From Candidatus Levyibacteriota bacterium (lineage in GTDB: Bacteria; Patescibacteriota; Microgenomatia; Levybacterales; UBA12049), in assembly GCA_963790825.1 (NCBI GenBank), contig CAWBPM010000002.1, forward strand, positions 231,159-295,158: a DNA stretch of 64,000 nucleotides, read 5' to 3'. Below, piece after piece: positions 36,897 through 47,411 of the stretch (position 1 is the first letter of the stretch; every line of letters starts with the position of its first letter). The notes below the pieces were generated by a model. That model was given only the letters and a program-made list of their open reading frames with translations, did no database searches and was not told where the DNA came from. The position numbers and the translations under genes are program-made.

Positions 36897-37943
36897 ATGT
36901 CAAAAATTTTTCATTTCCTCACTCATCATAAGAAACTTTCATTGGTTGCCCTCATTATTATCTTACTAATCGGCTTTCTGCTTTGGCCAAAGCCTGCCAA
37001 ACCTGTTTTAACGGAAAGTGCCAGTGTCCAAAACATTGAGAAAACAGTTTCCGTAACCGGAAATATTGAGGCTGACAATACGGTTAATCTGTCTTTTCAA
37101 ATTCCGGGAACTCTGATTTATTTGGCTGCTAAACTAAATGATACTGTCAAAGCGAACCAGGAAATTGCCGGCCTGGATCAACGAATTGCTCAGAAAAATC
37201 TTCAAACGGCGCTACTCACTTATTCGGGACAACGAAATACATTTGATCAAACCATCTACAATAATGGCGGTACTGCAAATCCGGTAGATGCAGTAAATGA
37301 CAGTCTCAAACGAGTTTTACAAGATAACCAATATGATTTAAATAAGGCTGTTGCCTCAGTAGAGCTCCAGGATCTGGTAAGACAGGAATCAGTTCTTACT
37401 ACTCCGATCTCAGGAATCGTAACCAGAGCAGACGCTAGTACTGCGGGAGTAAACGTAACGCCGGCTACAGTCTTTACAATTACCGATCCTAACTCCTTAA
37501 ATTTTAAAATGGAGGTTGACGAAGCAGATATCGGACAGGTAGCGCCGGGGCAAAAAGTTTCTGTGTCACTCGATGCATTTCCCAACGACTCATTGAGTTT
37601 AACGGTCAATAAAATAGATTTTGTCAGTCATACGACAACGTCCGGCGGTGATGCATTCTATGTCCAGGCAAAACTGCCAACCGACAAAAACTATCGTGTA
37701 GGGATGAGCGGTAACGCGGATATCATCGTTGCTTCCAAAAAACAGGTATTGACTATACCTGAATCAAGTATTTTTGACGACACTTACGTTTATCTAAAAA
37801 GCAATAAGAGTTATGTAAAACGGAAAGTTGGCTTAGGTCTGCAAAGCGACACTCTGTCGGAAGTAACCTCAGGTTTATCAAGCGGAGACATTGTTGCTGT
37901 CGACCCAAGCTCTGTCCCGCAAAGTTTGATAGTGAAACAGTAA
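36897..37943 (+). CDS. Efflux periplasmic adaptor (MacA/HlyD-like)
   Basis: TM anchor, PISGIV, VDEADIGQV..GQ.V, LDAFP, GMSG.ADI. Confidence 0.85.
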   Translation: MSKIFHFLTHHKKLSLVALIIILLIGFLLWPKPAKPVLTESASVQNIEKTVSVTGNIEADNTVNLSFQIPGTLIYLAAKLNDTVKANQEIAGLDQRIAQKNLQTALLTYSGQRNTFDQTIYNNGGTANPVDAVNDSLKRVLQDNQYDLNKAVASVELQDLVRQESVLTTPISGIVTRADASTAGVNVTPATVFTITDPNSLNFKMEVDEADIGQVAPGQKVSVSLDAFPNDSLSLTVNKIDFVSHTTTSGGDAFYVQAKLPTDKNYRVGMSGNADIIVASKKQVLTIPESSIFDDTYVYLKSNKSYVKRKVGLGLQSDTLSEVTSGLSSGDIVAVDPSSVPQSLIVKQ

Positions 37944-37951
37944 TTTACCGC

Positions 37952-38638
37952 ATGAAAACAGACGACGCGATTATAAAAATGACCAACGTAGTTAAAACGT
38001 ATAAATCCGACGAACTTGAAACTACGGTACTTTCGAATATCAATCTCTCGGTACAACGAAAAGAATTCTTAGCAATTACCGGCAGATCGGGTTCCGGTAA
38101 GTCTACACTCATGCACATCATAGGACTTCTCGATACTCCGACTTCGGGAACCTACGTTCTGAACGGCACTGACGTTTCAAAACTGAAAGAGGACCAATTA
38201 TCTTTTCAACGAAATAGGGAGATTGGCTTTGTTTTTCAATCATTTAATTTATTGCAGCGATCATCGGCTCTGGAAAACGTTATTTTACCTTCAATTTATG
38301 CAGGCATGAAAAAGCAGGAACGAACAAAACGTGCTTCGGAACTATTGAAACAATTTGGTCTGGAAGATCATATGTATAAACGTCCCAATCAGATGTCCGG
38401 CGGGCAGCAGCAACGGATTGCAATTGCCAGAGCCTTGATGAATAATCCCGAGATAATTCTAGCCGATGAGCCGACAGGAAATTTAGATTCTGCGTCCGGA
38501 GAGGACGTTATAAATACGCTTATAGAACTTAACAAAAACGGTAAGACAATTATTCTGATAACCCATGATCACGATATCGCCAAAAGGGCAGAGCGAATAG
38601 TATCGCTTGTTGATGGAGTTATTACAAAAATAGTATGA
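37952..38638 (+). CDS. ABC ATP-binding protein (MacB/LolD-like)
   Basis: GRSGSGKST, MSGGQQQR, ILADEPTGNLD, ITHD. Confidence 0.95.
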   Translation: MKTDDAIIKMTNVVKTYKSDELETTVLSNINLSVQRKEFLAITGRSGSGKSTLMHIIGLLDTPTSGTYVLNGTDVSKLKEDQLSFQRNREIGFVFQSFNLLQRSSALENVILPSIYAGMKKQERTKRASELLKQFGLEDHMYKRPNQMSGGQQQRIAIARALMNNPEIILADEPTGNLDSASGEDVINTLIELNKNGKTIILITHDHDIAKRAERIVSLVDGVITKIV

Positions 38639-39816
38639 GCTTTACAGAATTATTTATTCTTGCCTGGAGAGCGATTTTTGCCAATAAATTGCGCAGTTTT
38701 TTAACCACACTGGGTATCATCATCGGTGTATTTTCTATTATTCTTTTAGTTTCTATCGGTTCGGGACTGCAAAGTTATATCACTAATGAAATATCATCCT
38801 TAGGGTCAAATATTATCGATGTCCTGCCGGGGAGCGGAGGATTATCAAGCGGTGTGTCAAATAAATTGACGATTCAATACGCAAAAAACATCGAGAGAAG
38901 ATTAATTGCAACCGCGAAAGTAGCACCGGTCATCAGACAATTTGATAATTTTAAATATAACACAATTGAGGATAAAAACACTATTGTCGTAGGTGTTTCA
39001 TCCGTTTATCCGCAAGTGGTGACCAGTACGACATTGTCTCAAGGCAATTTTTTTACCGCCGGACAGGAGAGATCGGGTGCCAATGTGGTTGTTATCGGGC
39101 AAACGGTTTATACAAAATTTTTCAACGGAGAAAGTGCCTTAGGAAAGAGAATATTTATCGGCAATAAAAGGTATACCGTTGTGGGCGTTGCGAGTAAACA
39201 GGGGTCTTTTCTGGGAGTTGACAGGGATAATCTTGCTTATATTTCGATCGAGTCAGCACACGAGTTATTTGGCATCAACTCTGTTACGGAAATAGCAGTT
39301 TCAGCTAACAGCCCGGATCTAGTTCCCATCGTTATCAGACAAATAAAGCAGACCTTGCTTAAAAACTTAACCAGTGATGATTTTACGGTTGAAACGGCAG
39401 ATACTCTTTCTTCGACTATTTCAAATGTCACCAATATGCTCTCCCTGGCACTTGGAGGTATTGCAGCTATATCACTTTTGGTCGGCGGAATCGGTGTTGC
39501 AAACATCATGCTTGTCTCAGTTACCGAAAGAACCAAAGAAATAGGACTCAGGAAAGCACTGGGCGCCAGGCGCAGTGATATTCTCAGTCAGTTCCTACTT
39601 GAAGCAGTCATGATTTCGGTATTCGGCGGTGTTATCGGCATAATTCTGGGAATGGGCGCATCCTATATCGTTGCGATATTATTAGTTTCCCAGGTAACCT
39701 GGTGGTCTGTAGGGCTGGCATTTGTGTTCTCAGTTAGCGTAGGCGTCATCTTCGGCATAACACCTGCAATTCGCGCTTCACGCCTTTCACCGATTGAGGC
39801 GCTCCGCTACGAATGA
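38635..39816 (+). CDS. ABC permease (MacB/FtsX-like)
   Basis: RSFLTTLGIIIGV, GGIGVANIMLVSVTERTKEIGLRKALGA, PIEALRYE. Confidence 0.95.
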   Translation: MSFTELFILAWRAIFANKLRSFLTTLGIIIGVFSIILLVSIGSGLQSYITNEISSLGSNIIDVLPGSGGLSSGVSNKLTIQYAKNIERRLIATAKVAPVIRQFDNFKYNTIEDKNTIVVGVSSVYPQVVTSTTLSQGNFFTAGQERSGANVVVIGQTVYTKFFNGESALGKRIFIGNKRYTVVGVASKQGSFLGVDRDNLAYISIESAHELFGINSVTEIAVSANSPDLVPIVIRQIKQTLLKNLTSDDFTVETADTLSSTISNVTNMLSLALGGIAAISLLVGGIGVANIMLVSVTERTKEIGLRKALGARRSDILSQFLLEAVMISVFGGVIGIILGMGASYIVAILLVSQVTWWSVGLAFVFSVSVGVIFGITPAIRASRLSPIEALRYE

Positions 39817-39828
39817 CATGTTGGTGAT

Positions 39829-40584
39829 TTACTGGATAGGAATGTTGACAAACGGTACCCCATTTGTTGCGTTGGGTAATTTACCGTCCCATTTTTGAAC
39901 TGCCAGGAATTGTAAATACTCAGGAGTCAGACTCCCGCTATTTTTCAATTCTGCCTGTGCTTGCGCTTGGCCTGTTGCCTGGGTTACTGCAGTAGCAGCC
40001 TCAATCTTCGCTTTTTCTAAATTTTGCTGGGCAACTTGTTTCTGCTCGATTGCCTGATTGAACTCGGCTGAGAATTCAAAATTAACTATATTAAAATTAT
40101 CAACAATAATCGAGTATTTCGCAAGTCGTTTTGTCAATAAGTCCTGGGCTTGTTGTCTGAGTAACTCGCGTTTACTGATTAACTCCTCGGCTGTGTATTT
40201 AGCCGTAATCGACTTAAAAGCTTCCTGAATTGCCGGAGCGACTACAATGTCTTGGTAATCAACACCGATATTCTGATAGACCCAAACGGCTCGTGACCCT
40301 TCTAAATGGTAATTAACCGCAATCGTTGAAGAAACGGTTTGTAAGTCCCGGGATGCTGAGGTAGCGTCTACCTGATCTTTCTGGGTCTGCGTATTCATCT
40401 GTGTAATTGCCTCAACAATAGGCATCTTCAGCGCAATTCCCGGGTAAACTACTCTATTAACTGCACCAAAGCGCGTTACTACGCCTACGTTACCTGCCCG
40501 GATAAATCTGAATGCGTCAAAAAGCGTAATCAGAAATAAAAGCACAACGACGCCGCCTATAATGAGTGTTATTTTAGTCTTCAT
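39829..40584 (-). CDS. Prohibitin/SPFH-family protein
   Basis: GVVTRFG, SRDLQ, YTAEELI.KR, FS.EF..AIE.KQVAQQ, KWDGKLP. Confidence 0.9.
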   Translation of the reverse strand: MKTKITLIIGGVVVLLFLITLFDAFRFIRAGNVGVVTRFGAVNRVVYPGIALKMPIVEAITQMNTQTQKDQVDATSASRDLQTVSSTIAVNYHLEGSRAVWVYQNIGVDYQDIVVAPAIQEAFKSITAKYTAEELISKRELLRQQAQDLLTKRLAKYSIIVDNFNIVNFEFSAEFNQAIEQKQVAQQNLEKAKIEAATAVTQATGQAQAQAELKNSGSLTPEYLQFLAVQKWDGKLPNATNGVPFVNIPIQ

Positions 40585-40746
40585 TTTTTCATGAACAGAC
40601 CCTATTATACTCCTTCTATGCAAATAACCGAAGAGCGGTCTTAGCTTTATAATGCATTACTGCGGAGGAGAACACACAGACAGTTTTTTGGTAAAACAGG
40701 CTGTTTCTGCTACAATTAAAGACAGAGAAAACACTTTTTTTACGTT

Positions 40747-41367
40747 ATGCTGGAGAAGATTAAGCTATTTTTTAAAAAAATAATCATAAAGTCTAAGAAG
40801 ATTCCCGATCAAAAACAGTATATTGAATTTATAACTGCGCTACTCTCCATACCGGTACTCTTAACCGTTATTTTGTTAAATTACAATAATTTAAACGGTC
40901 AAAAGCAGGCCGTCAAAACAACTAGTATCCAGCCTACGCCAAAAATAATCTACGTTTCTCCCGATACAAATAGTTCCGGAGTGACTGCGCCGCCTATTAG
41001 TCCCACAACGACTATAACCCCATGCAGAGCGGGAATCGGAAACATTACAATCGCCAGTCCGGATGAGGGGGAAACGGTTAGTGATAATCCGGTTAGTATT
41101 GATATCGAGTATACACCCGGGGATTATTGTTCCGTTGTCTGGTCATACAGTGTCAATGGAGGCAATTGGTCCGATTATAACAACCAATCGGTCAGTCTCT
41201 ATAATTTACCGACGGGAAATATTCTTTTTGATCTTCGCGTGAAGAGTCTTGTTTCCAGCGATTCAATGGTACTGCAGAGAAAATTTATTTACGCAAGTAG
41301 CAGTATTGTTGTAACTCCTACTCCAACTTCCCAGACTAGCGCAAACGCCACGTCATCTGCCCATTAA
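40747..41367 (+). CDS. Single-TM hypothetical protein with Ig-like extracellular domain
   Basis: TM helix, P/T linker, I.SP.EGETV beta-rich domain. Confidence 0.6.
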   Translation: MLEKIKLFFKKIIIKSKKIPDQKQYIEFITALLSIPVLLTVILLNYNNLNGQKQAVKTTSIQPTPKIIYVSPDTNSSGVTAPPISPTTTITPCRAGIGNITIASPDEGETVSDNPVSIDIEYTPGDYCSVVWSYSVNGGNWSDYNNQSVSLYNLPTGNILFDLRVKSLVSSDSMVLQRKFIYASSSIVVTPTPTSQTSANATSSAH

Positions 41368-41379
41368 TAAGTTGCGTTC

Positions 41380-42405
41380 ATGAATAAAATATTTGTACTT
41401 GTTTTTTTATTATTCTTACTTCTGCTAATAACATTGTTATTTCTTAATAAATCTTCAACAAGGGTTGAAAAAACAGCGAGCAGAATACAAACAACCGGTA
41501 CCAATCCGCTTATGATCTCTCAAATGAGAAAGCGCTCATATCCCGGAAGTCCTATTATAAAAGAGCAGACACTGCCGCCTAACGATAACTATAATTCTTA
41601 TATCGCGTCGTATAAATCGGACGGCTTAAAAATCTACGCCCTCCTGACTGTTCCAATCGGAGTAAAACCTAAAAATGGCTGGCCGGTGATTCTTTTTAAT
41701 CACGGCTATATTCCACCGACTCAGTACCGGACAAGGGAAAGATACGTTGCCTACGTAGATGCGTTTGCGAAGAACGGTTACATTGTTTTTAAACCCGATT
41801 ACCGGGGAAACGGCAGCTCGGAGGGTAAACCCGAAGGTGCATACTATTCTCCGGCCTATACGGTTGATGATTTAAATGCCCTGAGTTCCCTAAGGCGGTA
41901 TAAAGATGTTAATCCGAATAAAATCGGTGTTTGGGGACATTCAATGGGCGGAAACATAACGCTTAGGGACCTGGTAGTAGAACCGAAATGGATACAAGCG
42001 GCTGTGATTTGGGGAGGTGTTGTCGGCTCATACAAAGATTTACTCAGTTGGCATGATCCGACCTATCATCCGTCGGGCGGGGAGGGAATTTTGCGGGTCC
42101 GAACCCATTCACAGTTGAGTAAGCAATACGGTACTCCCGATACAAATCCCGCGTTTTGGCACTCAATCGATCCGACTTATAATCTAGCCGATATTTCAGC
42201 TCCGATTCAGTTGCACCATGGAGAATCCGATATAGAGGTTCCATTAGAATTTTCTTTTTCTCTGTATGATAAACTCAAAAAAGCAGGAAAAACTGTGGAA
42301 TTTTATAGCTATCCGGGCGCAGATCACAATATCTCAGATCCGAGTTTTTCCTTGGCCATAGAGCGTTCAATCAGCTTTTTTAATAAATACTTAAAAAACA
42401 AATGA
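41380..42405 (+). CDS. Alpha/beta-hydrolase (S9 peptidase-like)
   Basis: NHGY, PDYRG, GHSMGG nucleophile elbow, HHG..D..VP, DHN. Confidence 0.88.
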   Translation: MNKIFVLVFLLFLLLLITLLFLNKSSTRVEKTASRIQTTGTNPLMISQMRKRSYPGSPIIKEQTLPPNDNYNSYIASYKSDGLKIYALLTVPIGVKPKNGWPVILFNHGYIPPTQYRTRERYVAYVDAFAKNGYIVFKPDYRGNGSSEGKPEGAYYSPAYTVDDLNALSSLRRYKDVNPNKIGVWGHSMGGNITLRDLVVEPKWIQAAVIWGGVVGSYKDLLSWHDPTYHPSGGEGILRVRTHSQLSKQYGTPDTNPAFWHSIDPTYNLADISAPIQLHHGESDIEVPLEFSFSLYDKLKKAGKTVEFYSYPGADHNISDPSFSLAIERSISFFNKYLKNK

Positions 42406-44771
42406 AAACTAATTTAGGGCAACTATTAAAATTATTCCTCGGCTGGCCGCTGTCCGCGGTTGCGCTTTTTTTTATCGGAAAATCTCTTTTTACCCAGACG
42501 CGGCAAATCCAAAGTCTGATCCACCCGCTAAATTTCTTTTTTCTTCTCTTGGGCATTTTCGCTTTTTTGGGATATTTCTTACTTCGGGGTTATATCTGGC
42601 ATAAAATTATGCGTTTTACAGGCTACAGTCTGTCTGTGAAAGATACGCTGCTGCTTTGGCAAAAATCCGAGATGAAGCGCTATGTGCCGGGAAATATTTG
42701 GTCATATTTAGGCAGAATATTTCAGTTTGCAGAAGTCGGCGTAAAGAAAAAAGATGTGAGCAGCGGACTGCTGCTTGAGGTAGAGCTCCTGGTTTTGGGA
42801 AGTGCTATTGCCTCGCTTCTTTCCCTGCCATTTATTTTTCATTACCTAACTTTTAATAAGTCCACGGCTTCTGCCTTTAATCTTCTTGTTTACGGGTTTA
42901 TTTTACTGCTTTCACTATTTTTCCTATTTCAAAAGTTTCTGGTAAATCGCATCCCGCATAAAAATATTTTTACGCGTTTTCTTATTTCACCATTTGACCC
43001 GGCTTTACAAATCGAACTTCTCATCTACAGCACAATTTCTTTTCTTTTTTACGGCTTCGGTTATTTTTTCACAATACTTTCCCTTGAGTCTCTTCCGATT
43101 CAACTAACGCTGCAGCTGGTGGGCTTTTTCACTCTCGCGTATCTGATCGGCTATCTTTCTTTCATTACTCCGACCGGTTTGGGGGTTAGGGAAGGAGTAA
43201 TTACTTTCGGATTGTCTAAAATTACCTCACTTTCTAATGCAGGTTTTTTATCTATATTCTCACGCATTATTCTTATTCTTGCCGAGCTAATTTTTCTGGC
43301 AGGTCTATACCTCTGGGTTAAAGTTAAAAATAATTATGTCGCAGCCTTTGAACGTTTTTTAGTTAAATATAAATATGCAGTCGTGCTTATCTGTTTTATG
43401 GTTATTTATTGTATTTATTTTACCACCGCCTCTTTTCTCAGATACGATAATTACTATACCGGCAGATTTGACCTGGGGAACATGGCGCAGACTGTCTGGA
43501 ATACAATGCAGGGAAGAATCTTTCAAATAACCGATCCGAACGGCACTGCCAGTATTTCCCGTCTGGCCACACATGCTGATTTTATCCTCGCGTTTTTGAC
43601 TCCTTTTTATTTTATTTGGGCAAGTCCTAAGATGCTTCTTTTGCTCCAAACACTCATTCTGTCTTTTGGGGCGGTATTTGTCTATCTGCTGGCTAAAAAA
43701 ATCATAAAAAATAATTTGCTTTCTTTAGTTTTTGCTCTGCTTTTTCTGCTTAACCCCAGTGTCGAGCGTACGAATCTCTATGAGTTTCACGCAGTTACTT
43801 TGGCGACAACTTTTCTACTGGGGGCATTTTATTATCTCTTCACTAAGCGCTACCTATTCTTTGCTATTTTTTCTCTTCTTGCAGCAATAACCAAAGAAGA
43901 AGTATGGATAATTATCGGGTTGTTTGGACTTTATATGTCTTATCTGAATAAAAAATGGCTTGTCGGAGTAGCTGTCAGCGTTTTTTGCTTTGCGATATTT
44001 TACTTTCTTATTTCAATTGCTATTCCCGCTGTTTTAGGGTCTCAGCATTTCGCTCTCGCATATTATTCCGATTATGGAGATAAACCGTCGTTAATAATTA
44101 AAAACATTGTTCTTTCGCCGAACAAAATATTGACAACCATTCTTCTCCCCAACAGGCTTGTCTATTTGGTGAAAATCTTTTCTCCGCTCGGGTTTTTATC
44201 CTTGTTTTCTCCGCTCTTTCTTGTTTTTGCTCTGCCGGATTTACTCATTGATTTACTGAGCAACAATCCGCAGCTCTATCAAATTTATTATCAGTATACT
44301 GCCACAATTACTCCGTTTATTTTTATTTCGGCAATCTACACTGTGGGAAAACTGAGAAAACTTTTTGTGTCTGTTCCCGGTTCTTTGTATATACTGCTTC
44401 TTTTGTTCAGCGGGTTTACAACTTCTTATGCTTATGGTCCGCTGCCCTGGGCGAAAGATCCGAATATTGATATGTTTATAAAGCCTCTGGCGAACAGGGA
44501 AGTTGTTGACAAATTTATCTCTGAAATTCCCCCGCAGTATAGCGTCAGTGCCAGTAACAATATCGGCTCTCACCTGTCCGACCGGCAGAATATTTATACA
44601 ATTCCATATGGCATCGATAAGGCAGACTATATCGCCCTTTTGAACGATCCTACCACGCCGCAGCTGACAGGAACACAAAAAGATTTAATTAAAAAGCTTA
44701 AGGCAGATCCCGGGTATTCTCTCATAATTCAGAAAAATGATTTTGTCGTGTTTAAAAAGAAAAATATTTAA
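42402..44771 (+). CDS. Fusion of a flippase-like (LPG synthase TM) domain and a DUF2079-like GT-C domain
   Basis: RYVPGNIW, TPTGLGVREG; FDLG..AQ..WNT, EFH, KEE, YYQYTA. Confidence 0.7.
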   Translation: MKTNLGQLLKLFLGWPLSAVALFFIGKSLFTQTRQIQSLIHPLNFFFLLLGIFAFLGYFLLRGYIWHKIMRFTGYSLSVKDTLLLWQKSEMKRYVPGNIWSYLGRIFQFAEVGVKKKDVSSGLLLEVELLVLGSAIASLLSLPFIFHYLTFNKSTASAFNLLVYGFILLLSLFFLFQKFLVNRIPHKNIFTRFLISPFDPALQIELLIYSTISFLFYGFGYFFTILSLESLPIQLTLQLVGFFTLAYLIGYLSFITPTGLGVREGVITFGLSKITSLSNAGFLSIFSRIILILAELIFLAGLYLWVKVKNNYVAAFERFLVKYKYAVVLICFMVIYCIYFTTASFLRYDNYYTGRFDLGNMAQTVWNTMQGRIFQITDPNGTASISRLATHADFILAFLTPFYFIWASPKMLLLLQTLILSFGAVFVYLLAKKIIKNNLLSLVFALLFLLNPSVERTNLYEFHAVTLATTFLLGAFYYLFTKRYLFFAIFSLLAAITKEEVWIIIGLFGLYMSYLNKKWLVGVAVSVFCFAIFYFLISIAIPAVLGSQHFALAYYSDYGDKPSLIIKNIVLSPNKILTTILLPNRLVYLVKIFSPLGFLSLFSPLFLVFALPDLLIDLLSNNPQLYQIYYQYTATITPFIFISAIYTVGKLRKLFVSVPGSLYILLLLFSGFTTSYAYGPLPWAKDPNIDMFIKPLANREVVDKFISEIPPQYSVSASNNIGSHLSDRQNIYTIPYGIDKADYIALLNDPTTPQLTGTQKDLIKKLKADPGYSLIIQKNDFVVFKKKNI

Positions 44772-44785
44772 GCTATGATACATAT

Positions 44786-45604
44786 ATGATTCGCGTTACG
44801 AAAGCAAATGGTGATATTGAGCCGTTCAGCCGGGAAAAAGTTCTTGATTCAATCCGGCGCGCGGGAGTTCCTAGGAAAATGGAGGGCGCCATACTTTCAC
44901 ATATTGAAAGTAACCTCTACGATACGATACCGACATTTGAAATATACCAGTATATCAGTGAATTTTTAGGAAAGTCTGACCAACCGTATCATAAGGCTAG
45001 ATATAGTCTGAAACAATCGATTATGCTGCTCGGTCCCAGCGGTTATCCGTTCGAAGATTTCGTTTCACGCATATTGGAAGTACACGGTTACGAGACTAAA
45101 GTCCGCCAAATCATGATGGGAAAATGCGTCAGTCATGAAATTGATGTGGTAGCCCGGAAAGATAATAAAACCAGTATGATTGAGGCGAAATTCCACAATA
45201 ATCCCGGTAACCGCTCGGACCTGCATGTCGTGCTGTATACCAAAGCCAGGTTTGACGACGTTAAAGACAAGAATAATTTTACTGACGGCTGGCTTGTGAC
45301 CAATACAAAAACTACTTCCGATGCCATTACTTACGCGCAGTGTACCGGTATGAGGGTAATCAGCTGGAGTTATCCTACTCCCGGAAGTCTTCGCGATTTA
45401 ATTGAAGAAGCAGGTCTTCATCCGATTACCATTCTTACCTCACTTTCCCAGTCACAAAAAATAACACTTTTGCAAAACCATGTTATTATGTGTAAAGACA
45501 TCCAACGGAATCACAGCTTGCTTGACATATTATTCCTGTCTGATAGTCAAAAACAAAACGTTTTTTCCGAAGTGGCATTTATCTGCAAAAGTGAACGGGG
45601 TTGA
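44786..45604 (+). CDS. ATP-cone domain fused to an Mrr-like restriction endonuclease domain
   Basis: V.KANG..EPFS.EK...SI; G.PFE.FV, HEIDVVA, IEAKFH, LVTN. Confidence 0.8.
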   Translation: MIRVTKANGDIEPFSREKVLDSIRRAGVPRKMEGAILSHIESNLYDTIPTFEIYQYISEFLGKSDQPYHKARYSLKQSIMLLGPSGYPFEDFVSRILEVHGYETKVRQIMMGKCVSHEIDVVARKDNKTSMIEAKFHNNPGNRSDLHVVLYTKARFDDVKDKNNFTDGWLVTNTKTTSDAITYAQCTGMRVISWSYPTPGSLRDLIEEAGLHPITILTSLSQSQKITLLQNHVIMCKDIQRNHSLLDILFLSDSQKQNVFSEVAFICKSERG

Positions 45605-45637
45605 TTTTTAGCTCGCACTTCTCTATAATCTGCACAA

Positions 45638-46030
45638 ATGAAACCAAAAGAAGTTTTAGGAAGAATTCACTCTTCTTTTAATGAAAGCCATACGGTAGTT
45701 AAAAAGCGTGAAGTAAGTGGAGTGGTTTTGAAAGACGCTTCTGCAACGGTAAAAGGAGAAGTGAAGATTCCACCTGCAAATCCTGGAATGATACCATTTC
45801 CTTTTGAATTATTGCCTGGTCCAACTACCGTAGAAACTTTTACAGTAGTCGATCAACCGGGACAAACAAGTGTACAAGTAATTCCTTATAAAGATATTAT
45901 TTACCTTGGCCGGGAACATGAAAGAGACAAATACAGAATTAATCGGAAAATAAAAGTTGTAAACGAATATCCTTTCCGCCGGACGAGGCGCTTAGTTAAA
46001 TGGCTTACGGGTTGGCAAGCAAAAAGTTAA
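45638..46030 (+). CDS. Hypothetical protein
   Basis: 130-aa ORF preceded by TTGATT-17-TATAAT. Confidence 0.55.
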   Translation: MKPKEVLGRIHSSFNESHTVVKKREVSGVVLKDASATVKGEVKIPPANPGMIPFPFELLPGPTTVETFTVVDQPGQTSVQVIPYKDIIYLGREHERDKYRINRKIKVVNEYPFRRTRRLVKWLTGWQAKS

Positions 46031-47292
46031 GGTCCGAAATTCCTAAGCTTCATCCGTTCCACCTTATCCGCCATCCAGCCGTTGGGAACAGTTGTTAATT
46101 TATTAGCATAGAGCAAAAACCCGTTTCTGATCGTATGATCGCCGAATTTGCTATTAATTTTATCCATCACTTCAGTTAAGATCTGCCGTTTTTTTGTATC
46201 GCTAAAAAGACTTTCCGGGATGTTCTCCCTGTTTTCCAGATATCCCGCCCAAACAGCAATTCTTCTCGTATATCGTAACTCCGAAGGCAAAATGTAAAAC
46301 CCTGACTTTGGTAATTGTAATAAATTATAACAAGTATCAAACAATTCTTTTCCTGAATCAATAAAATAGGGAAGTGTTCTGTGTCCTCCGGATGTTTGTC
46401 TTCCATGCAGAAAAATCCCGATCCGTTTCGCTTTTTTCCCCAGACGCCTAAGTTTAATGCCGATTTCTTCACATAGTTCATATACGTTTTGCAAAACTAT
46501 CCTTTCGTCATATTCATTTTCCGGCAGACAGTATTGCCTGCTGACCGACTTAACACCCACCGTGTCTGTATAGGGAACAACCGGACGGGAATCAATTCCC
46601 AGTCCGACCTGTTTTAAAAACATTCCTTCCAGCGGACCAAATTCTGAGCAGAGAAAGGATAAAGAAACTTTGCGAAGGCGTAACAATGTATAAATACCCA
46701 TCCCGTGTAGCCGCTCTTCAATTCTGGTCCCGATGCCACAGATATCACTAAGCTTTGCCTGTTTATATATCTCGTCCAGATCCTCTTTTCCGATTTTGGT
46801 TATCCCGTTTGGCTTGTGAAACCCCGAACCCAGTTTTGCCAGTAACTTATTATAAGAGATGCCGACAGAGACGGTTATATACTCGCCGATTTCTTGGCGG
46901 ATTCGTTCTTTAATTCTTGCGATAAGTGCCGGAGTACCGCCGAAGAGCATTTCAGTTTGGCTGATATCCATAAACAGTTCATCAATTGAGAAAACTTCAA
47001 CGAAGGGCGAGTAGTCTTTGCAAATCATAATAAATTTTTTGCTTACTTCCCAATACTTCACGAAATCCGCAGGAACTAGATTTATATTCGGACAAATACT
47101 TTTTGCCTTATAAGTGTTGGTACCGGTGCCGATTCCAAGTTTTTTCGCCTCGCGGCTTGAAGCAATAATACATGTTCTGCCGTTTGTCGCTGTCACGCCA
47201 AGTGGTTTGCCGCGAAATTCAGGGTGATATTGCTGCTCGACACTGGCGAAAAATGAGTCGAAGTCAATGTGCAGAATAATCTTGTCTCTCAT
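46027..47292 (-). CDS. dinB: Y-family DNA polymerase IV
   Basis: HIDFDSFFASVEQ, AS.EAK..GI, SIDE, KPNG, GIG. Confidence 0.92.
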   Translation of the reverse strand: MRDKIILHIDFDSFFASVEQQYHPEFRGKPLGVTATNGRTCIIASSREAKKLGIGTGTNTYKAKSICPNINLVPADFVKYWEVSKKFIMICKDYSPFVEVFSIDELFMDISQTEMLFGGTPALIARIKERIRQEIGEYITVSVGISYNKLLAKLGSGFHKPNGITKIGKEDLDEIYKQAKLSDICGIGTRIEERLHGMGIYTLLRLRKVSLSFLCSEFGPLEGMFLKQVGLGIDSRPVVPYTDTVGVKSVSRQYCLPENEYDERIVLQNVYELCEEIGIKLRRLGKKAKRIGIFLHGRQTSGGHRTLPYFIDSGKELFDTCYNLLQLPKSGFYILPSELRYTRRIAVWAGYLENRENIPESLFSDTKKRQILTEVMDKINSKFGDHTIRNGFLLYANKLTTVPNGWMADKVERMKLRNFGP

Positions 47293-47411
47293 ATCTAAAA
47301 TTTACCAGAAAATAAGTAGAAATAAAAGGGAACAAAGACATTGCTTCTATATCAATATTCTGAGTAGGTATACTGTAAATATACCCAAAAAAATCTACTG
47401 CAGGGTTTTTA

